A DNA stretch of 63,683 nucleotides, counting the filler, from Folioceros fuciformis (taxonomy: Eukaryota), in NCBI GenBank assembly GCA_049999805.1. It is 6 parts of 6 records of this genome, joined end to end, with 100 filler letters (N's around TTAATTAATTAA, not from the genome) between each part and the next. Parts side by side here need not be neighbours in the genome. Positions count along the whole stretch, not along the records: positions 24,130 to 38,735 come from JBNGIO010006299.1; 5 more parts are not named here. One strand, 5' to 3'. Positions 24,371 to 36,501 of this stretch are shown piece after piece. Position 1 is the first letter of the stretch. Every line of letters starts with the position of its first letter. The translations under genes were made by a program, and so were the position numbers. The notes below the pieces were generated by a model, which was not told the origin of the DNA, did not search any database, and saw nothing but the letters and a program-made list of their open reading frames with translations.

Positions 24371-26975
24371 GGTGTCAAGCAGCCAGGCGATAAGATAATC
24401 GTGGGGCTTCATCCACCTGCTGATGATCTTTTCTGTTGTGTTGAACACACTGTAACTGCTACCTTACGAAACCACTGTTATGTGTTTGTTGCAGCTCTCA
24501 TAATCTGGTGGCAGAGAGGCTATTGATCTAAAAATCCATATCAGGGAGCAAGGGCTCCCACCTGCAGGATGTCTTGTATGTACCGTCAATGGCAAAGAAT
24601 CTCATGTCCNNNNNNNNNNNNNNNNNNNNNNNNNNNNNNNNNNNNNNNNNNNNNNNNNNNNNNNNNNNNNNNNNNNNNNNNNNNNNNNNNNNNNNNNNNN
24701 NNNNNNNNNCCCCCCCCCCCCCCCCCCCAGATAAGTATACAGTTGCTCAGACTAGCTTATCCTTGAAATATGCTGAGAAGTCTTGTAGGCCAAGTCCTGC
24801 CATATGTAAGAAATGCTTGTACTTAGGCAGGGCCTTGGTTAAGATATCTGCGGTGTTTTCCTCTGTGTTTACATAGTCAACCTTCACCACTCCCCATTCA
24901 ACTACATCCCTAATATAGTGATGCTGTATCTCAATATGTTTCGTTCTTGCATGAAACCGAGGGTTTGCAACAAGGGCAAGTGCTGACATGTTGTCACACA
25001 GGAGTGGAGTTGCGACTGTCTATGATTGCCCAAGGTCTTGTAAGAAGGTACGTTCCCATTCTGCCTCTTTGGATGCATCCGTTAAACTCTTGTACTCAGC
25101 TTCTGTGGATGACAGCGCAATGGCTGCGTTTGCCAGAAGAAAACAGTATGTGGAGAGGCTCTTCCTGCTATCACTGTCAGATGCCCAATCGGCATCTGTG
25201 AATCCCCTTAAGGTAAGCTGATTCTGTCCACTGCTTTTGTAACATAGTCCGTAACATTGGGTGCCTTTGAGATAACGGAAAACTCGTTTGGCAGCTACCC
25301 AGTGTGCACGACCAGGGTTCTCTAAGAAGTGCGAAAGTGTGCTCACTGAATACTGTATATCTGGACGTGTCTAGATGCCAACAAACAGGAGGCTGCCAAT
25401 CGCATGTCGGTATGGTACTGCAGCCATCTCTCGTTTGTCTGTTTCTGACTGGGGGCACTGCAGACTCGTGAGCTTAACTCCTATAGCTACGGGTGTGGTA
25501 GCAGGACGTGCTTGATCCAGCCTAAACTTTATCAAGATATCCTGGATGTATTGATATTGGTGTATCATCAAGAGCCCTTCAAACCTCACTCGCAGCAGCT
25601 GGATACCTCAACAGAATTTGAGCTCTCCGATATCCTTCATGTCGTACTTGCCGCTCAGCATTTGCTTCACTTCATCTAACAGCTGTTTGCTGTTGGCAGC
25701 CAGGATTACATCATCAACATAGAGGGCGAGCACAACATAATCTCTGCCTCTTGTGAGCCGGTAAACATTGCTGTCAGCAGCACTCTGTTTAAAAGATTTG
25801 CTGAGCAAGTAGACATGGATGTTTAGGTACCATACTCGGCCACTTTGCTTCAGACCATAGATGGTCTTGAGCAGCTTGCACACTTTTGTGGGATGCTGTT
25901 TGTCTTCGTAGCCTTTGGGCTGCGACATATAAAGATCTTCATCTAAGGCTCCATAGAGGTAGGCCGTGTTTACATCCATCTGATACAACTCCAGGTTGTG
26001 TTCTGCAGCTAAAGCTAGGATCATTCTAATCGATTGTGATTTCACGACAGGAGAGAAGGTCTCTTGGTAATCGAGCCCTTCAACTTGCGTAAAACCCCTG
26101 GCCACAAGTCTTGCCTTGTATCTGGCTATCTCTCCTTTATCGTTAAGCTTCAGTTTGAATACCCATTTGCACGAAATGGGTTTCCTGTCAGGTGGTAAAT
26201 CTACCAACTTCCAGGTATGATTTTTAACAAGACTGTTAAACTCATCAGCAGCAGCGAACTTCCATTTGTCTTTTTCAGGACTTGAGAAGGCCTCTTTCAA
26301 TGTCTTGGGCTCTAAGTCAATGGTGGTTGATGCAGCATATACGGCTTCGGCATACGAGGTGCGAAAGTCGATAGACTGATATCTCGGTTCTTTCCATTCG
26401 TCAGGGGGTGGTCTGTACTGGAATGCCTGGGAGCTGGATCATCCTGTGGCAGTGGATCTGCTACACCTTCGGGCTCATGTTCCATATCCAGGGCATTTGG
26501 CCGGATAGGTAAGTCTCCTGGTGCATCAGCTTCTGGTATTGCGTCTTCTTGGGGAAACTGGTTTTGATCTCGATGGTTGGCTTCGTCATCAGGATCAACT
26601 GCACCACCTTGTTCCTGGACAGCAGGGTTCTGTACAGCTGGGGCTGGCAGGCCAGGAGGAGGGTTCGCTGGAGTGGGTGCTGCAGGTGGACTGGGTTTGG
26701 CATCATCGTCAAGGAAGTCAAATTCAGATGTCTCACTTTCCTGATTTTCTCCCTCAGCAGCTGAATTTGCTCCCTCGGAATCCATATGTGACTGAAAACC
26801 GGGGGTGGCAGGTCGGGTTGGCTCGATGAAGGTAACGGACCTGGCCAAGACAGCTGTTTGAGTAGTAGGGTTGTAGAGTTTATAAGCCTTGGATGTTTCG
26901 CTATAACCCAGGAAAATAAGAGCTTGCGCACGTGGATCTAATTTGTGCCTCTTCTCTTCAGGTATGAGGGCAAAG

Positions 26976-27172
26976 TGTTGAAATAACCTCTTTAGGTTAT
27001 ATTTAATCTAGACATATGCATTAGGGTTTACTTGACTGTATAAACCATAAATAGGTTTGACATAATTAATTACATTATTATCTCTTGGCTTTTCCTTCGT
27101 GCTTCATCTTTGCCACTACATGTGCTGCATCAAGCTGCCTTGATGTCAGCCTAGCGTCACACATTTCCAACA
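26976..27172 (+). repeat. 5' LTR of Copia B
   Basis: TGTTGAAATAACC...ATTTCCAACA; one mismatch to the 3' LTR by eye. Confidence 0.97.
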
Positions 27173-27184
27173 TGGTATCAGAGC
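27173..27184 (+). other. Primer-binding site (initiator tRNA-Met type)
   Basis: TGGTATCAGAGC immediately after the 5' LTR. Confidence 0.95.
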
Positions 27185-28086
27185 ACACTTTTGTGATTAT
27201 GCTGTAGTGGAGATGCCGAGGAACAGATCCAACTACAGGTCTGGAGGCAGAGGAGGATTTTTCAAGTCTTTTTCTAGATCTCTAAACAGGAGTTCTGTTC
27301 CTTCAAGCATTCCTTGGATCCCGGCTGAATCCAAAGCTGAACACGATCGGAGGGTTCTGGAAAATTATATGCGATGCAGAGGCCGCAGTAATTCATATTT
27401 TTCAGTTCCAGCATTTTCTATTTCTCGACCGTATACAGACTGTGGACGGCTTTTCAGATCCAAAAGTTCTTCAGCCAGACCAGTTTTTAAACGGCCAGCC
27501 TCTGCTCCATCATCATGCACGGAGGACGCCAGCGCATTTAAAATGGCATACACTGATTCTCAAGTACAAATAAAGAATCTTGAGTTTTCTTTGAATTCTG
27601 TCATTCAGAGACAATAATCCCTCTTCAAGCGCATGTCTTCTTCAGATACAAAAATTCACAATTTTGCTGTCAATTTTATATCTGAACTTGATAAATTGAG
27701 TAGACAATTACAGATTTTAAGCATGACATTTCGCTCCTCTGATGAGGAGCGTATAGATTGATCCAATTCCTTGTTGATTCTGTCTAGGGCCTTCTGATTC
27801 GAACAGGCACTTACCATGAAGCTTCCGCTGAAGTCGCACAGGCGGTTAATAACCGCTCTTGCCACTGGTTTCCTTGCCCTAGGATAGAAATTCAGAAATT
27901 AGAAGTTATTTTAGTTTCTGCTGAGTTACTAACCCTAAAAGTCTCTTCTTTTAGTAACCGTTTACCTGTTCGTATCTCTGCTTCCCTGTGTATGTCTACC
28001 AGAGACTTTCTGCTGCACTTTCCTTTGTCCCCCTATATTCAATCCAGAACTAGTTCAGGAACTCCCACCTCTTCACAACCTGTCGT

Positions 28087-31000
28087 GATGGCAACTACTG
28101 CCCCGTCATTTACATCTGACGTTAAGGACAAGGATAGGTTTAATGGAACTAAATTTCAGATTTGGCGCGTGCGTATGCAATGTACCTTAAAAGCGCGTGG
28201 CGTATGGTCTATTGTCGATGGATCATACCCAGAACCAGTTCTCCCAGCTGCTGGTACTTCTTCTGCGAGTGGATCAGCTTCTGCTACTCAAGCTGATGTT
28301 GACAAGTGGAATGGGCTGAACAGTATTGCAGTTGCTATCCTTATTCATGGACTTGACGAAGTCTTGATTCCGGACGTGGAATCCCTTATGAAAGCTCATC
28401 AAATCTGGACACAGTTGATTGGCACGTACGCCGTCAAAACAATGCTTTCAAAGTCTGCAGCAATTCATGAGTTTTATACTCTGAAGATGCGGGAGGGTGA
28501 CAGTGTGGCTGCCCACACGAGTAAATTTCGTCACCTTCGCTCCCGCCTTGCAGAGTTGAACTCCACTATGTCAGATGAGGATGCGGTAGCACAACTGCTA
28601 CTCACCCTGCCTGCATCATATCAGACCTTTGTGTCGCTGCAGAATGGACCTCTTGCTAAAGCAGGTCAGAATGCAGCAGCTGGCATCTCAACAACTCTTA
28701 CCCTGGAGAGCGTGATTGCTGCTCTTTTTCAGGAGGAACAGAGCCGACTCCGACTCAATTCGGGTGGTTCAAGCAGAATTCGCGCTGATCGCATTCTGTA
28801 TACTTCACAGCGTGGAGGTTTTGGGAGAGGGCGCGGTAGAGGGGGAAGACCCTCTTCTCAACGTCCACAACAAACCTCCACTACAAAGAGAGCTGGCAGC
28901 TGCAACTGGTGTCAAACACCAGGTCACTGGGAGAGAGATTGTCGCCGCAAGAAGGCTGGCGAGCCTCGTCGTCCCAAACCTGAGATCAACTCTGTTGCCA
29001 AGGAGCGCACTTCTTCTACTGATGGAGGCAAACCTGTAGTGCAGATCTTTACCATTTGCCTCTCTTCTTCATCTAGTGCCCCAGGAAATTGGTATCTTGA
29101 CTCTGGCGCAACTGCACATATTTGCAAGGACAAACACTTGTACAGTACTTACCAAGATATTTATGATTCCAAGCAATCTGTATTGTTCGGAGATGAGCGC
29201 AAATCCACCAGCTTACTTATTCAGGGATATGGAACATGCTGTTTTGTTATGGCCGATAACTCAGTCTTGCATGTTCCTGGCATCCTGTATGTTCCAGGCA
29301 TGGCGAAAAATTTGCTCTCTGTTAGACTCCTAGCTACACAACACAACTTGGAATTCCGGTTTTTTGATTCTACCTGTGAAGTGTTTAGACGAGCCTCAAG
29401 CACTGTTTGTATAGGCCGAGGTGTCCCTGATTCAGACTTGTACCGTTTTGATGCTGTCTGTGAAGTTTCTCCTTCGACTCCTATGACTGCATCTACCACA
29501 CCTTCGCATTTGCCGCCCATTCTGCAGGCCAAACTGTGGCACGCCAGACTTGGTCATGTTAATAAAAACACATTGCTCAAGATGTCTACTGAGAACTGCT
29601 ATGCTGAACCTTTACCTCCTTGTTTTAAGGATTTGCCAATCTGTGAAGCATGCCTGTTTGCAAAACAACGGGAGAAGGCATTTCCCCATGCTGGCTTTCG
29701 TGTAAGTGCTGTCCTTGATTTGATCCATGCGGACATTTCTGGTAAGTTGCAAACCAACTCCATTGGAGGCTCTCTTTATTATCTGTCCATCACAGACGAT
29801 TTTAGTCGTTATACATGGACCTATCCAATGACCAAGAAAAGTGACACTTTTGCTTGTTTTCAAGAATGGTTGCCAATGGCACAAAGACAGTCAGGTCGTT
29901 TGCTTAAATGTATTCGCTCCGACAATGGCACTGAGTTTTGCAACAACCAATTTGATCAGTATCTTCAGGAGCATGGCATCATTCGGCAACTTACAGTTCC
30001 TTACACATCTCAGCAAAATGGTGTGTCTGAGCGTAAGAACCAGACCCTAATGGGCATGACCAGGAGTATGTTGAGTTGGGCAGCCTTACCTGCAGAGTAT
30101 TGGGCGGAGGCCATTGTTACCTCAAGGTACATTCTGAATCGCCTTATTACCTCCTCTCTTCATGGCAAAACTCCTTTTGAAATGTTCTGGAACAGAAGGC
30201 CAAGCATTCTCCACCTGAGAGTTTTTGGTTCACTTGCATTTGCATATATTCCTAAGGAAAAACGTCAGAAATTGGATGATAGATCCAGAGCATTGTTGTT
30301 CATTGGCTACAGCGAGGAAGCAAAGGCATACAAGCTGATAGATCCTCTTTCCTTCACTCCTGTTCTAGCTAGGAGTGTTGTTTTCAAGGAACTTGTTGAT
30401 CCAGCATCTCCTGTTGCTACGGGAGTGCATACAGACTATGATTCTCATTCTGACTATTCAGATGGTGAAGATGGTTCTACAGACCAGTCTGTTTTCGATT
30501 TACAGCCAGTCTAGTTTCCACAGGACCCTGTTATCCCTTCCCAGGATCAACCTCAACACCTCGCTCCTCCTCCCTTCGCTGATGTAGAAATTCCTACTGT
30601 TGTAGATGAAAACGTTGATCCACCAGAGCCCATTGTTCAGCATGACTTGGCCCATGAACCTGATCCAGCCATCATTACAGCTGATTTCCCAATTCCTGCA
30701 GTTCCAGAGCCAGATCCCCCTATCCCTACTCTTCCTAGACGCAATCCCCCTAGAGCTCGCCCTCCTCGAGACCTCTGGACAGAACCTCCCTACACCTCTG
30801 TTGATTTTAGGTCTTCTGCTCATGTTGTTAACTCCACAGGTCAACATCTTACTCTTGATCCTGTATCTATGGACGAGGCATACTCCGGACCAGATGCCCC
30901 TCATTGCCGAGCTGCTGTAGAAGACGAATATCAGTCCATTATAAAGAACAACACTTGGGAATTAACTGACCTACCACTAGGAAGGAAAGCTGTTACCTGT

Positions 31001-32437
31001 AAGTGGGTTTTTAAAACCAAACTTAATGCTGAAGGCGAAATTGCTAGGTATAAGGCCAGACTTTGTGCCCGAGGCTTCACACAAGTTCCTGGTCTGGACT
31101 ACCAGGAGACATTCTCACCTATAGTCAAGGCTCAATCCATCAGAATGCTGTTAGCACTTTCAGCTAAACTTAATTTAGAATTACATCAGATGGATGTATG
31201 TACAGCTTTTCTCCATGGTGAGATCAAGGAAGAAATCTACATGGAGCAGCCCCAAGGGTATGTAGACAAGAAATTTCCTCATAAAGTTCTCAAGTTGCAC
31301 AAAGCCCTTTATGGGCTTAAACAGAGTGCTATGTTATGGAATGAAAAACTAGACTCTGAACTGAAGGCTTTGGGTTTTGTACGAAGTACAGCTGACTCAT
31401 CTGTTTATCTGTTGACCGAAGGCTCCTCTTTTTGCATTCTCGCTGTATATGTGGACGATTGTATATTTGCCTGCACAGATCACACTCTTCTCAGTAGAGT
31501 GAAAGCTCTTCTCATCCAGAAGTTTGAAATGAAAGATGTGGGCACTCTGAAGTTTTGTTTAGGTGTTCAAGTACTGCGAAATCGAGAGAAAGGAGTTATT
31601 ATTATACATCAACGCAAGTACTTAACTGAAATTCTCAAGCGGTTTTCTCTTGATCAAGCTCGGCCTGTTTCCACTCCAGCTTCTGTGGGAGTTAAGTTGA
31701 CTGTCGATCATTGTGCTTCCACTCCTGATGAGGCTGCTGACATGGAGAAGGTTCCCTACAGACATGCTGTGGGTTGCTTGATTTTTATGTCCAACTGGAC
31801 ACGCCCTGACATAGCATTTTCAGTTAGCTGTGTTTCTCAATTTCTGGAAAGACCTGGACGTGCTCATTGGGCTGCAGTAAAATGAATTTATCGTTACCTT
31901 AAGGGCACCATGACATATGGCATTTTCTTCCAAGCTGGCTCTCCCTCTGGACTGATTCTTTCTGCTTTTACTGACGCTGACTGGGCTGCTGATATTGATT
32001 CCCGCAAGAGTCTCTCTACATATTGCTTCTTGCTGGCGGGGGGAGCTGTTAGTTGGTCCTGCAAGAAACAATCCAGCATAGCTCTTTCATCAACCGAAGC
32101 AGAATACATCTCTTTAACAGATTCGGCTAAAGAGGCAGAGTGGGCTAGATCTTACTTGAAAGACCTGCGAGTTGAGCAAACCAGTCCGACTGTGGTGTAC
32201 TGTGACAACAACTCCGCCATAGCCCTAGTGGCCAATCCTTGTTTTCACGCCCGTACCAAGCATATCGAAATAAGACACCACTACATTAGAGATTCTGTGG
32301 CCCGAGGAGTTATTCAAGTCATCTATGTTTCTACAGCTGAGAACACAACGGATATTTTGACCAAGGCATTGCCCAAGCAGAAGCATGCACAGCATATGGG
32401 GTCCCTTGGTCTACGGGACTTCAGCTACTTGCTTTAA
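28087..32437 (+). pseudogene. Copia B gag-pol polyprotein, single frame with two premature stops
   Basis: CNWCQTPGHWERDC zinc knuckle, WYLDSGATAH protease, LWHARLGH/CEAC, RSDNGTEF integrase, YVDD RT, DADWA RNaseH. TAG at 30512-30514 and TGA at 31883-31885 fall in the same frame. Confidence 0.93.
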
Positions 32438-33304
32438 ACAGGAAGCAGGTATACTCTGATCACAGTCTGACCTGGTGGAGTTGGGGGGGTGGGGACCTTC
32501 GTCCCCTGGTTTTATAAGCTTATCATAAGTTAGTTTATAGGACCCATGCTCACAAGCTGTCCTTCCTGCCAGTCCGTCTCTGTGCTCTGCAGCACACTGC
32601 ACCAGAATAATCAGGTCAGTTGTGGTCAGTATCTACACACAGCAGTCATGGATGAAGCATCATCTACTTACCTAATCATGGCTGCCATTGCCTTGTAGTT
32701 CTCCTTCTGTGGGAGCTGATTATTTGTCCCTTCTTTCTCTCCCGCAGCTGGCACATCCTGTTTTTGGTCCTCTTCATCTTCTTCAGGTAGTGGGGTCTTC
32801 ATTGCTTTCACCCATGCAACGCGCATCCCCCCCTGAGGGGATCAGCTGGCAGAGTGTACATCCCTAGCTTGATGTCTTCGTAGCCCTCTCCTGTGTCTGC
32901 ATGCCGCACAGCCACCCGCGCTGAAAACTCAAGTTCCCAACCACAGCCTCTGGCGAGCTGCTGAAAATCGAAGGGTCTCCACTCCCTCGTCCTGGCTGCC
33001 TGAGCACTTGTGATTTCCTGACAGAGTCTTCGGGTCCTTTTCTTCCTTGGGACTGCGTCACTGCCATAGCTCTCAGGCCTGTATCAAGCTCCACCTCGTG
33101 TCGTCATCAGCCGTTGCCACAAAATCAAGATGCAGACAGAAGCCAGGATGATCGCCATCAGCGCCAGTAGCTGAGACATCGCCGCCGTCGTCGCTTGAGC
33201 TTCTCGCGCGTAACAGAAAGGGTTTTCTACAGGAGATTCGAGTTATGGGAATTCTGCTAAGCTCGTTTTCGTTTTTAATGCATAATGCCTAGCTTATGTG
33301 GGAG

Positions 33305-33501
33305 TGTTGAAATAACCTCTTTAGGTTATATTTAATCTAGACATATGCATTAGGGTTTACTTGACTGTATAAACCATAACTAGGTTTGACATAATTAATT
33401 ACATTATTATCTCTTGGCTTTTCCTTCGTGCTTCATCTTTGCCACTACATGTGCTGCATCAAGCTGCCTTGATGTCAGCCTAGCGTCACACATTTCCAAC
33501 A
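33305..33501 (+). repeat. 3' LTR of Copia B, preceded by PPT-like TTATGTGGGAG
   Basis: Direct repeat of 26976-27172. Confidence 0.97.
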
Positions 33502-33936
33502 CAAAGGCACGGGATCCGAAAACCCGTAAGTGCAGGAGGCTCGGTTTCCTGTTCAACATAGCTTCAAATGGTGTCTTCAAAGGGACTGAGCTGGTGAAGA
33601 GACGGTTGAGCACATAGGTGGCAGCTACAATGGCCTCAGCCCAGAACTTCTGCGGCAGTCCAGCCCAGAGGAGCATGCTACGTGTCATGGAGAGAAGAGT
33701 CTGATTCTTTCTTTCGGCCACACCATTTTGTTGAGGCGTGTATGGGATGGTCAACTGCCTTTGGACGCCATGCTCTTCAAGGAAAGCATCAAAGGCAGTA
33801 TTCACCAATTCCGTTCCATTGTCAGTCCTTAGGCATTTGACAGACTGTCCTGTCTGCTTTTGAATGGTTACAAACCAGTCCTGGAATACCTCCAAAGTGT
33901 CACTCTTCAATCGTAGTGGGTAGGTCCATGTATACC

Positions 33937-35426
33937 TGGAACAATTGTGAAGCCACCAGTTGGTTCCCCACCTGCTGACATCGAGGCTTGGGCCAAGACT
34001 GATCACCGAGCTCGGAGCATATTGGTCGCAGGCCTTGACAAGAACATGTTGCACCACGTGCAAGGGCTTGACACAGCTGCATAAATGTGGCAACCTTCGA
34101 CCAGATGTTCCAAACCAAGAACTCTGCGTCAATGGTTAATTCAACCAGGGCGTTCTAGCATCTCAAGATGAAGGAACACGAGCCGATTGAAGCTCACCTG
34201 AACAAGTTTCGAGCTCTTAGAGCACGTTTGGCAGCATGTGGCACCAAGTTGGACGAGACACAGGCTGCAACAGCCCTGCTCATGTCTCTACCCTCTAGCT
34301 ACAGAATCTTCGTATCCTCGCAAAACAACAACATGCGAGCAGCTGGAGGAGGGAACCTCACTGAGGTCATTGGAGCCCTGTTAGAAGAAGAAGCCACTCG
34401 ACATGGGAGTAGGCATGAAGGCAGACACAAAGGAAGCTCTAGTCAAGCTTTATACTCATCCAAGGGGAAGGGACCTCGCATGTCAAGCGGCAGGCAAGGT
34501 GGGAAGCGTACCTCAGAGTCTAAGCCGTACGGTTTGAAGAAAAAGGGAACTTGCAATTGGTGCAAGATTCCAGGCCACTTTGAGCGTGACTGTCGCAAGA
34601 AGGCAGCTGGAGAGCCCAAGCGGGAAGGATCCTCCAATGCCGAATCACGCACTGCCATGATCAAGAAAACTGGTACCATCCTAGCAACGTGTCTAATATC
34701 CTCAAACAGGGACAAGAGATGCTTGGTTCATGGATTCCGGTGCTTCACACCATGTCTGCAATTAGCATGAGGCCTTCACTGACTATAGACCTGCACTAAG
34801 TGGACAAACAGTTCGTGTAGGAGATGATAGAGCCCTGCCCATCCTTGGAATAGGCTCAATCCCCGTTAGGTTGCCATCTGGGCATGAGATCATGCTCCTA
34901 GATGTCCTTCATGTACCTAGAATGGTGAAAAACCTGGTGTCAGTAACCAAGATGAAGGTTGCGGTTCGTATTCTGTTTGAGTCCGAACTTGATGAATGCC
35001 ACATAGAGCAAGATGGGCAGCTGCTGGCCATAGCTTACCCTTCAAATGACCCGTACAAACTAGAGTGTACACCTTCACGCATACACGCAGCTGCACACCT
35101 CACGCAGGCTGAGCAGGCTGCCAACTTCAAACTCTGGAATCATCGACTTGGGCACATTAATGTGCGAAGAATGAAGGCAGCAGCAGCAGGGAACATGTAT
35201 AGGGAGCCCCTTAAGCTTCAACCTCAATCTAAATTATTTTGTGAACCCTGTATCTATGGCAAACATCACAAGTTGCCACATACAGATAAAAATCATACTA
35301 GAGCTAAGTCTCTACTAGAGTTGGTTCACTCAGACTTGTGTGGCCCCATGTCGAAGCAATCCTTTGGAGGTGCTAGGTATTTCCTCTCCTTCATTGATGA
35401 TTGGAGTAGGTTCACGGTAGTATACT
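33937..35426 (+). mobile_element. Copia element C fragment (gag, protease, start of integrase), degenerate
   Basis: CNWCKIPGHFERDC; AWFMDSGASHH after a frameshift; LWNHRLGH, CEPC and LELVHSDLCGP...FIDDWSRFTVVYL, cut by the LTR of element D. Confidence 0.88.
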
Positions 35427-36500
35427 TGTCAGATTTCCTAGAGCGGAGAGCGAGAGAGAAGTTGTATATTCGGCAAAAGATAAATTACATTAATCAATCA
35501 ACAAAAGTGTTTAAGTACAAAATTGACTAAGTAACTGTTCATATTAGGGCTAGCTGAATTGATAAATATATAAAGCCCTAGTGACGTGGTTACCTATACC
35601 TAGGTAAGTATCTCAACACACCCCCTTAACCACGACACGGTAACTGCGACAACTCCAGAAAAATGATGAGCTCATTCCACTTGGCGCTCTCCATCTGTGC
35701 ACTTGGAATCGCCATGTTCCTCCTCACAAAGCATGTGCAAAAGGAACTGCAGAGATGGACACGCAAATTGCAGGCAAGGAGAACGACCGACGCCCACTGG
35801 AGAAACTACGACACAAAGAAAGAGGTCACTATGGCTGGATGAAAAGTCCAACTCGCGCTGTCCTTAACCATCAGCCCACCAGCAAAAATTGCAGCGCTGG
35901 CAAGGGCGAAGAGAAGACGAGCCCAACTGGCGGACAGATTGGCAACAACAGCAAGAGTCCCATTACCAGAGTAGCAGCAGGAATCGCGATTAGAAGCTGA
36001 AGGTGATGGTTCATCCGCGAGTACCTGTTGCGCATAATTGCAGCATAACCTGAGATGCCTAGCGCTAGGATGGAAGAATGCTAAGATAGTTTGTGAGTCC
36101 CATTTCCTCAAGGAAGAAGCTGTGCTTAGATTTGGGCAGCGCCTTGGTAAGCAGATCAGTTAGGTTTAGATTTGTGGGTATGTACTCTATCTTGACAATC
36201 TTCCTTTCTACTGAATGACGCACGAAGTGGTGCTGGATTTCTATGTGTTTCGTGCGTGCGTGGAAACGAGGGTTGCCCACCAGAGCTATTGTTGATTGAT
36301 TGTCGCAAAAAACTGTGGTAGGATTGGCCTGTGGAAACATAAGGCATGCCAGGAAACTCCGTGCCCACTCTGCTCCTTGGTAGAGTCTGTGAGTGCCTTG
36401 TATTCGGCCTCAGTTGAAGAGAGGGCCACGGATACCTGCTTCTTAGTGCTCCAATTCACAACTGCACCAGAAAGAGAGAAGCAATAAGCAGGCAGGCTTC
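35427..36500 (-). mobile_element. Copia element D 3' part: RNaseH (to 36065), 3' spacer, PPT and 3' LTR (35427-35618)
   Basis: SSTEAEY...CDNQSTIAL...HARTKHIEI; PPT TTAAGGGGGTG followed by TGTTGAGA...TCTGACA (192 bp). Confidence 0.85.
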
Positions 36501-36501
36501 G

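Larger units (their letters stand above)
26976..33501 (+). mobile_element. Complete Ty1/Copia element B (6.5 kb) nested in element A
   Basis: 197-bp LTRs with TG...CA ends, TSD CAAAG (26971-26975 and 33502-33506), PBS, PPT, gag-PR-INT-RT-RH domain order. Confidence 0.97.
22904..33940 (-). mobile_element. Ty1/Copia element A (host): integrase 33502-33940 plus 26975-26300, RT/RNaseH to 24747, putative 3' LTR 22904-23106; interrupted by element B and two gaps
   Basis: Removing element B rejoins RVFGSRAF|ALIPEEKRHKLDPRA. RT shows YKARLVARGF and LYVDD; RNaseH shows TDADWA...RTKHIEI. PPT-like CAAGTGGGAG is followed by TG...CA over about 200 bp. Linkage of the LTR across the gaps is inferred. Confidence 0.8.

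Noticed and set aside
24710-24728. Poly-C tract giving poly-Pro in the ORF track
   Set aside because: A homopolymer at a gap edge; length unreliable and no coding evidence.
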